From contig WBXG01000013.1 of assembly GCA_008932965.1 (NCBI GenBank), positions 1-32,000 of the forward strand: a DNA stretch of 32,000 nucleotides, written 5' to 3'. The notes under the pieces were generated by a model. It worked only from the letters and a program-made list of their open reading frames with translations, was not told the origin of the DNA and made no database searches. Numbering within the stretch: position 1 is the first letter of the stretch; each line of letters opens with the position of its first letter. The position numbers were made by a program, and so were the translations under genes. Origin of the DNA: Verrucomicrobiota bacterium (lineage in GTDB: Bacteria > Verrucomicrobiota > Verrucomicrobiia > Chthoniobacterales > UBA6821). Positions 25,820 through 32,000 of this stretch are shown piece by piece.

Positions 25820-26878
25820 ATGGCCATACATTTTTTGAGTCACCTTTTGGAAACCATCACCCCTTATTATACGATCATTTGGTTTGTGCTCGTAGGTGCT
25901 CTCTTTACGGGTTACTCCATGTTAGATGGATTTGATTTAGGAGTAGGTGTACTGCACCTCTTAGTTTCAAAGGATGAAGAGAGGCGCATTTTTCTCAATG
26001 CAATCGGTCCTGTCTGGGATGGTAATGAAGTCTGGTTAGTGGTTGGGGGAGGTGCTCTCTTTGCTGCTTTTCCGGGCGCCTATGCAACGGTCTTTTCTGG
26101 TTTTTACATGCCCTTTATTTTTCTCTTAGTCTTCTTAATTTTTAGGGCCGTTGCTATAGAATTTAGAAGTAAGGAACCGAGCACCTTGTGGAGGCAAACG
26201 TGGGATCATCTTTTTGCAGTAGGAAGTATTCTTGCTTCCTTCATGCTGGGAATCACCCTAGGGAATCTTACACGGGGAATTCCCCTTGATGCAGAGGGAG
26301 AATTTATAGGTACTTTCTGGGATCTATTAAATCCTTATAGTCTCTTTATGGGGGTCACGGTGGTAGTGCTCTTCGCGATGCATGGATCCATTTACTTAGT
26401 GATGAAAACCGAGGGAGCCTTGCAAGAACGAGTAAAATCCTGGGTGCCCTACCTTATTCTTCTTTTTGTTGCTTGTTATTTCATTTTTAATTTTTCAACG
26501 CTTATCGTTGCACCTCATCTTGCTGAGATAGTATTTTCTCGGCCATGGATATTTGGAGTTTTAGGCTTAGACATGTTTTTCCTTTGGAAAGTTTGGACCT
26601 TCGTAAAGCAAGGCAAAGAGCTCCTTGGGTTTCTTTGTTCCTGCATCATGATGGCCTTGTTGCTTGCTACTTTTGGTCTTACTTACTATCCAAATATGGT
26701 TCTTTCTCACCCCCATCCCGAAAACAGCGTTACTATTTTTAATGCTGCTTCTACCTCAAAAACATTAGGCCTTCTCTGTGTTATTGTTCTGCTAGGTATT
26801 CCAATGGTTGTCAGTTATACAACAAGTGTCTACTGGATATTTCGAGGAAAGACACGATTAACCGACACGAGTTACTGA
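25820..26878 (+). CDS. cydB: Cytochrome bd ubiquinol oxidase subunit II
   Basis: 352-aa polytopic protein with YSMLDGFDLGVG and WDGNEVWLV motifs. The last codons and the stop (26858-26878) lie inside the degenerate terminal repeat of the element at 26858-27038. Confidence 0.93.
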   Translation: MAIHFLSHLLETITPYYTIIWFVLVGALFTGYSMLDGFDLGVGVLHLLVSKDEERRIFLNAIGPVWDGNEVWLVVGGGALFAAFPGAYATVFSGFYMPFIFLLVFLIFRAVAIEFRSKEPSTLWRQTWDHLFAVGSILASFMLGITLGNLTRGIPLDAEGEFIGTFWDLLNPYSLFMGVTVVVLFAMHGSIYLVMKTEGALQERVKSWVPYLILLFVACYFIFNFSTLIVAPHLAEIVFSRPWIFGVLGLDMFFLWKVWTFVKQGKELLGFLCSCIMMALLLATFGLTYYPNMVLSHPHPENSVTIFNAASTSKTLGLLCVIVLLGIPMVVSYTTSVYWIFRGKTRLTDTSY

Positions 26879-27038
26879 TCACCTGCGAAAGCCGGGAAGT
26901 TAGACGGATACTGCGTTCGGCTCCCATTTTGAATTGGGGTCGGTGACTCATACAGCCCAGCATAAAAATGCTCGCCTGCCTTACCCCATCAGCCTTCGCG
27001 GCGCCTCGCGACGAATCAGTATGAAATATGCGGGTTAA
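26858..27038. mobile_element. MITE-like element, subfamily B, reverse orientation, filling the whole convergent intergenic space
   Basis: TTAA+CC-GACACGAGTT-ACTGATCACCTGCGAAAGCCGGGAAGT... ...CGACGAATCAGTATGAAATATGCGGG+TTAA. The left terminal repeat is partly degenerate. The interior aligns with the reverse complements of 14241-14424 and 30532-30715. Confidence 0.88.
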
Positions 27039-30000
27039 CCTCTTTTTCTTTAATTGCCGCTGCTGTTCTTTCCAGTTTTTTCCAGCGGACCCAGCTTCCC
27101 TCAGCTGCTTTAAAAAGCGATTTCCAGACGACATACCCTAACACCGGGCGGTATAAAAAGCGCATTGGAAGGGCTCTCCAAGCAGAGAGAAAGCTCCGTT
27201 TCGCTAAATGAGCGGAAAGTCCTGCAATAACAGTATCAATGAGTAGAGATAATATAAAATAAGGATAAATCGCTTTCCCTCGACCTAGGTATATTGAAAA
27301 AATAACGAGGAGATCAAGAATGGGGGTGATAGCAATAATGCCAATTTGAAAAATCCAAATGGAGGGAAGTGCCAACCATCCCAGCCAGCCTGAACCAGGG
27401 CTTAAGATGAGGGAGCGATGTTTCCAAACGCATTGCAATGTCCCAAATGCCCATCGAAAACGTTGAGAAAAAAGGGCTCGAATATTTTGAGGAGCCTCGG
27501 TATCGGCGATAGCCAAGGGTGCGTAGGTGACTTTCCAGCCGTATCGATGGAGTTGTAACGTCAGGTCTGTATCCTCTGCTAGGGTTTCCGTATTAAGTGG
27601 GCCCGCGTCTAAAAGAGCTTTGCGACGAAAGGCGCTTAATGCACCTGGAACAACGGTAATGCAATTTAAAAGATCTTGTGCACGTCGATTAATTTCAAAG
27701 GAAAATTCATATTCAATTTGTTGAAATCGTCCAAGCCAGTGGCGAAAATTACCAACACGTATATGTCCCGAAACGGCTCCCACTTCAGGATTGCTCAAAG
27801 GTTGAATCAAGAAACGTAATGCCTCGGAGGAGACCATTGTATCAGCATCTAGTGTAACAATATATTCGTGACTCGAGGAGGCGATAGCATCATTGAGTGC
27901 AGAAGCTTTTCCGGTATTTGGTTGTTGGAGTAAAATAATGCTGCGCTGACTGGTAGAATATTCGTTTACCCATCGCATGACTTTCTCAGATGTTTTATCG
28001 TGAGATCCATCATCAACAATAATCAATTCTATAGGAGCTTCATAGGAGCTAGCTAAAAGATGTTCTATGGTGGAGTCGATAACACACTCTTCGTTATAAG
28101 CAGCAACAATAACGCTTAGAGGAGGGAGAGAGCTATTGTATTGCAAATGAGATGAGACTTCCCTTTTTTCCCGTCGACGATGAAGCAAGGCACACGCAAT
28201 AAAAAAGAGAATGAATAATAATGATAATAGGGTTGTGATGATCAATAGTGTCCAGGCAGCCATTTCTATAAATCGAAGAGTTGCAAAGCTTCCATAAATA
28301 TAGCGCATCGCAACAGTAACATCTCCATGGCGCAATGGAGGCATGAGCACATCGCGTGGCAACTCAATAAAGCGTCCAAGTGGGACGATTTCATCTCCAC
28401 GTGCATGGAGGTAATCGATAATAAGTGGAAGTGCAGCGACAGTTTGAGACCGATTGCCACCCGCATCATGCATTAAAATCACACTCCCTCCATCAACACG
28501 TTCCTCCTTAATATTATTTAAAATCGTCTCTACTCCAGGACACTCCCAGTCGCTTGTGTCAATGGACTCCCCCACGGTGAGATAGCCAAGATCTGAAGCA
28601 ATTCCCAAAGCACGCAGTTCTCCTGGGGTTGATGGAGTCGCATCACTGTTGTAAGGGGGGCGAAAAAGAGAGGTGGAATGCCCGGTAATACTTTCAATGA
28701 GTCGCGTTGTGGCATTGAGTTCGAGGGAAATTTGCTCATCACTAGCTGCAGCAAGATTTTGATGTGTGTAGGTATGATTTCCTAATTCATGTCCCTCCTC
28801 TAAAATTTGTACTAGAAGGTCAGGAAATTGTTGAGCTTGTGAACCAACAACAAAAAAAGCAGCTGGAACCTTTTTCTCTTTTAAAATACGCAGAATGCGT
28901 GGTGTCCAAGTGGGGTCAGGTCCATCATCAAAGGTGAGTGCTACTTGATGCAGAGGTGCAGCTCCTTGGTGATATACACAAGCAGGACGAGGAAATTCTT
29001 CGTAGAGAGAACTCATGAACTCTGTGGGTTCTAAAGTAATATCACGCCATCCTTTGCTGGGCTCATCTCCAACGGAAAGAAAATCTCCCCTGCCAATCGA
29101 GGCTACTTCATTTTTAAGACTCAGGGTTTCGAAGGCTTCTAGTTCCTCGGTGGTCGGCTCATGACGATCTTCTGTTTTCATTTTGGATATGAATTTTAAT
29201 GCTTTCCAAATATCTGGATCCTCCTCCCCAAGACGGTCGAGCGCAATCCCTCCAATGGGATAGTGTGAGATGGTGTGTAATTGATTAAAAAAAGTGATGG
29301 CATCGAGAAACCAAATTTCATGTTCCTCTTTTTCATTAAGGCCAGAGAGATAATGAAATGAGGGTGAAAAATGAGGTGCTTCGACGCTAACATGTTCTGC
29401 TAAAGCAAGGTTGGCACGTGCCATGACATCGACAAAACTTAAAGTCTCAACGGTCCCTTTGGTTTCATTCCAATCAAGACCAAAGCAACCTAATCCAGCA
29501 ACCCATTGCTCCGCTTTACCGTAGCGGATTATTTCTTTGAGTTGTTCCTCAACCCAATCCTGCTCTGCTAGGGGGCCCGGTTCATCAGGCTCTGAGTTTT
29601 CATCATCAAGGGAGAGGACAAAACGATCTGCTACCTCGCTGAGGGCTTGTAGATCAAAAATTTTCTCTGCTTTCTCCGTTGAGATGCTGATCCAGAACTC
29701 ATAATGAGACTCATGAAGCTTCTTGCCAAAGCGAATCAGTAATTGATTTAGCTCCGTACGGTAGGAAGGATCGAGTTCATTCCAATCAAGGAGTAATCCG
29801 ATAGCTCCGGGTGGTAGACGTTTGATCAGATTACTGAAAAAAAGATCCTGCTCTTCGGTTGAGGATTTAAAGAGTCCTTCGATGGCTTCTGCTTGCCACG
29901 TTGTTCCATCAATGTTTCGTAAAATAGGAAGTAGGCCAAGATTCTTGCGCACACAACAAGAACGAATCTCCTCACTGGGTGATTCCACAAGTCTTCCTTC

Positions 30001-30486
30001 AACTCCAACGATATGAAACCAATCCGTTGCAACGTGTGTTAAAAAATCGGCATGCTGCTTGAGCGAAGAAATGCTTTGGGGGTCCCAATCTACAGCATAA
30101 CCCAGGCGAACAGGGAAAGAGGAGTACTCGAGTAGGTGCTGCTCTTGATTTTTTTGAGAAGGTGTTGCTACCGAGCTCACAAAAGCACTAATCCCACCCT
30201 CATGCTGAGAGTTTTTAGGAAAGGGGAGAGGGTTTGCTGTTTCTAAGAAGTGATGCCAATCTTCCGTGCTTGCCAGTAGACCTGGATCTTTAAATGCTTT
30301 TAGTGGTGTTCTGTATCCTCGCACTTGCTGGGGAAGACGTAGTTCGGGAGCAACCAGTAGGCTTGCTATAAAGTATGCAGAGGCACTAAGAAGAAGGAGT
30401 GCTATCACCACGATGGTGACTTGTAAAAAGCGGCGACGTCGCCCGTGAGGATCTGCAAAAATGGAGTTGTTAGAGTTCGAAGACAT
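27016..30486 (-). CDS. Three-domain membrane enzyme: GH18-like domain, NodB polysaccharide deacetylase and processive family-2 glycosyltransferase
   Basis: 1156 aa. TM1 spans aa ~21-45. The GH18-like TIM-barrel region spans aa ~125-425 (GLLLDWNE in place of DGxDxDWE; IGGIALDRLGEEDP). The NodB domain spans aa ~512-700 with TFDDGP, HTYTH, RPPY and LMHD. A second TM follows. The GT2 domain has VIVAAYNEE, IVDDGSHDKT, TLDADT, EDTDL and QRFRWAFG, and is followed by C-terminal TM segments. The last 7 codons and the stop lie in the element's terminal repeat. Confidence 0.9.
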   Translation of the reverse strand: MSSNSNNSIFADPHGRRRRFLQVTIVVIALLLLSASAYFIASLLVAPELRLPQQVRGYRTPLKAFKDPGLLASTEDWHHFLETANPLPFPKNSQHEGGISAFVSSVATPSQKNQEQHLLEYSSFPVRLGYAVDWDPQSISSLKQHADFLTHVATDWFHIVGVEGRLVESPSEEIRSCCVRKNLGLLPILRNIDGTTWQAEAIEGLFKSSTEEQDLFFSNLIKRLPPGAIGLLLDWNELDPSYRTELNQLLIRFGKKLHESHYEFWISISTEKAEKIFDLQALSEVADRFVLSLDDENSEPDEPGPLAEQDWVEEQLKEIIRYGKAEQWVAGLGCFGLDWNETKGTVETLSFVDVMARANLALAEHVSVEAPHFSPSFHYLSGLNEKEEHEIWFLDAITFFNQLHTISHYPIGGIALDRLGEEDPDIWKALKFISKMKTEDRHEPTTEELEAFETLSLKNEVASIGRGDFLSVGDEPSKGWRDITLEPTEFMSSLYEEFPRPACVYHQGAAPLHQVALTFDDGPDPTWTPRILRILKEKKVPAAFFVVGSQAQQFPDLLVQILEEGHELGNHTYTHQNLAAASDEQISLELNATTRLIESITGHSTSLFRPPYNSDATPSTPGELRALGIASDLGYLTVGESIDTSDWECPGVETILNNIKEERVDGGSVILMHDAGGNRSQTVAALPLIIDYLHARGDEIVPLGRFIELPRDVLMPPLRHGDVTVAMRYIYGSFATLRFIEMAAWTLLIITTLLSLLFILFFIACALLHRRREKREVSSHLQYNSSLPPLSVIVAAYNEECVIDSTIEHLLASSYEAPIELIIVDDGSHDKTSEKVMRWVNEYSTSQRSIILLQQPNTGKASALNDAIASSSHEYIVTLDADTMVSSEALRFLIQPLSNPEVGAVSGHIRVGNFRHWLGRFQQIEYEFSFEINRRAQDLLNCITVVPGALSAFRRKALLDAGPLNTETLAEDTDLTLQLHRYGWKVTYAPLAIADTEAPQNIRALFSQRFRWAFGTLQCVWKHRSLILSPGSGWLGWLALPSIWIFQIGIIAITPILDLLVIFSIYLGRGKAIYPYFILSLLIDTVIAGLSAHLAKRSFLSAWRALPMRFLYRPVLGYVVWKSLFKAAEGSWVRWKKLERTAAAIKEKEVNPHISY

Positions 30487-30531
30487 GAAAATCTCTGCTA
30501 AAAAACGATGCTAGGAGTGGAACAAAAAGAG

Positions 30532-30715
30532 TATACCCGGATATTTCATGCTAATCGTGGCGAGGAAGCTGCGAAGGCTGATGGGGCAAGGTAGACATGT
30601 ATTTTGATACAGGGCTGTATGAATCCCTACAGCCCAAGTCAAAATGTGAGTCTCATGCAGTATCCATCTGACTTCCCGGCTTACGCAGGTGATCGGTATG
30701 AAAAATCCGAATATA
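30532..30715. mobile_element. MITE-like element, subfamily B, full length
   Basis: TATA+CCCGGATATTTCATGCTAATCG ... GATCGGTATGAAAAATCCGAA+TATA. It lies in the divergent region between the 1156-aa gene and lolC/E. Confidence 0.85.
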
Positions 30716-30921
30716 GGTTAAAGATTCTGTGCTGAAGATGAAATCTAAAAAACAGAGAGCATTCTGGCATATCTCCTCTTTCCAAAATAATGAGACTCAC
30801 TGAGGTGTTATTTTTGGGTGATAGAATCATTGGGATATTTTATTGTGAGATGTAAAAATTAAAACCTACTCATCGATAAAAAAATCTTTAGGAGAGAGGG
30901 TAGAATCTTTAGGCTAGTGTG

Positions 30922-32000
30922 ATGTCAGCTTCTCTATTCTTAGCCCGCCGTTACTTGCAGCCCAAGCGCACCTTTCTTTCTGTTATTACACTGATCTCGG
31001 TGCTCGGAGTGACTCTTGGAATCACGGTTCTCATTTTAGTAATTTCAGTAATGACCGGATTTCAAAGGGAGCTACAACGTAAGGTCATTGGCTTTGATGC
31101 CCATTTAGTGATTTCTCAAGAAAGGATTCTTGATCATTGGCAGCAGCTTTCCAAAAAAGTAGAGCATCTTCCCGAGGTAGAGCAGCTCGCACCCTTTGTT
31201 CAAGGACCTGTTATCGTGGAATTTCAGCATCGACGTCTCACTCCCAATATGCGTGGTATCGATCCTGAGAAAGAAACAGAACTTCAAAAATTTATTAAGG
31301 AGGGATCCTTTGATTTAAATGGTGATAACGCCATCGTTGGTTCTGAAATGGCCTCCACGCTTGGTTTGCAGGTGGGAGACAAAATTACCATATTCTCCTC
31401 GCACAACCTGAATCAAATCTTAGAAGAACTCAATAAGATTCAGGAAAAACAAGGAAAGGCCAATTTAGATTCACTGCGCCAATTGGTTCTTCCAACAGAA
31501 TTGACCGTTACTGGTATTTTTGAAACAGGACGTTATTTTTACGACAGTGAATTTGTACTCGTACCACTTCACATTGGACAAGAACTCTATGGTCTTGGGG
31601 ACTGTGTTCATGGGCTTGCTTTATGGGTCAAAAATGCTGATCGAGCTGATGTGGTTCAAAAAAATATACGTAGTGAATTTACTAAGGACCTCATTGTTAC
31701 CACTTGGATGGATTCTAATAAGCAACTCTTTGATGCCATTGCAATGGAGCGTCACGTAATGTTTTTTTTACTGATGTTCATTGTACTGGTGGCTGCGTTT
31801 GGGATTATGAACACATTGATTACGGTCACTGTTCAAAAGACGCGTGAAATTGGTATCCTCCAAGCTCTTGGTGCACGTACAGGACAAATCATCATGATCT
31901 TCCTTGTGCAAGGAATGATTGTAGGCGTTGTTGGCGTTGCCTCAGGATTAGCACTAGGAATGACCCTCATTCGCTGGAGGAATGAAGTGAGTCAGGCACT
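30922..32000 (+). CDS. lolC: LolC/LolE-family lipoprotein-release ABC permease (FtsX/MacB type), 3' end outside the window
   Basis: Open frame from the ATG at 30922 to the window end with no stop, so it is absent from the closed-ORF track. The N-terminus is MSASLFLARRYLQPKRTFLSVITLISVLGVTLGITVLILVISVMTGFQRELQ. It continues with a periplasmic domain and then KTREIGILQALGARTGQI of the FtsX domain. An alternative GTG start is at 30919. Confidence 0.88.
   Translation, partial: MSASLFLARRYLQPKRTFLSVITLISVLGVTLGITVLILVISVMTGFQRELQRKVIGFDAHLVISQERILDHWQQLSKKVEHLPEVEQLAPFVQGPVIVEFQHRRLTPNMRGIDPEKETELQKFIKEGSFDLNGDNAIVGSEMASTLGLQVGDKITIFSSHNLNQILEELNKIQEKQGKANLDSLRQLVLPTELTVTGIFETGRYFYDSEFVLVPLHIGQELYGLGDCVHGLALWVKNADRADVVQKNIRSEFTKDLIVTTWMDSNKQLFDAIAMERHVMFFLLMFIVLVAAFGIMNTLITVTVQKTREIGILQALGARTGQIIMIFLVQGMIVGVVGVASGLALGMTLIRWRNEVSQA

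Noticed and set aside
31105-31759. Tracked ORFs 31105-31287 (minus, 60 aa) and 31520-31759 (plus, 79 aa)
   Set aside because: Both lie inside the long open LolC/E reading frame (frame of 30922), which has clear family motifs. They are out-of-frame or antisense artefacts.

Overview
This is an AT-rich bacterial chromosome segment, roughly 40% G+C by eye (not computed). Most genes lack a recognisable Shine-Dalgarno sequence. Positions ~940-18950 on the minus strand carry an ~18-kb non-flagellar type III secretion (injectisome) cluster. Its blocks are sctJ-K-L-N-O; sctP-Q-R-S-T-U; an unknown 219-aa gene; a stand-alone SpoA-domain gene plus sctW; and a SycN-like chaperone, an X-position gene, a YscY-like gene, sctV, sctD and a small ORF. 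Gene order and recalled sequence motifs resemble the Ysc family (Yersinia/Bordetella type), not the split chlamydial layout. No secretin, needle, inner rod or translocon genes are present in the window. A tRNA-Ser(UGA) lies at 450-539, next to the cluster. To the right are an operon of histidine phosphatase, ackA and phosphoketolase (minus strand), cydAB (plus strand), a 1156-aa fusion of a GH18-like domain, a NodB deacetylase and a processive GT2 synthase (minus strand), and the 5' part of a lolC/E-type permease that runs off the window. The most unusual signal is a dense family of ~180-bp imperfectly palindromic, MITE-like elements. They have ~20-24-bp terminal inverted repeats (CCCGGATATTTCATACTGATC) and variable 4-bp flanking duplications, with at least 8 full or composite copies plus remnants. 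These elements sit at the joints between T3SS operon blocks. One copy supplies the stop codons of two convergent genes. A near-identical inverted pair brackets the tRNA plus T3SS region. No transposase, integrase, CRISPR array or rRNA gene was seen. All similarity statements come from manual reading and recalled family motifs; no database search was run.
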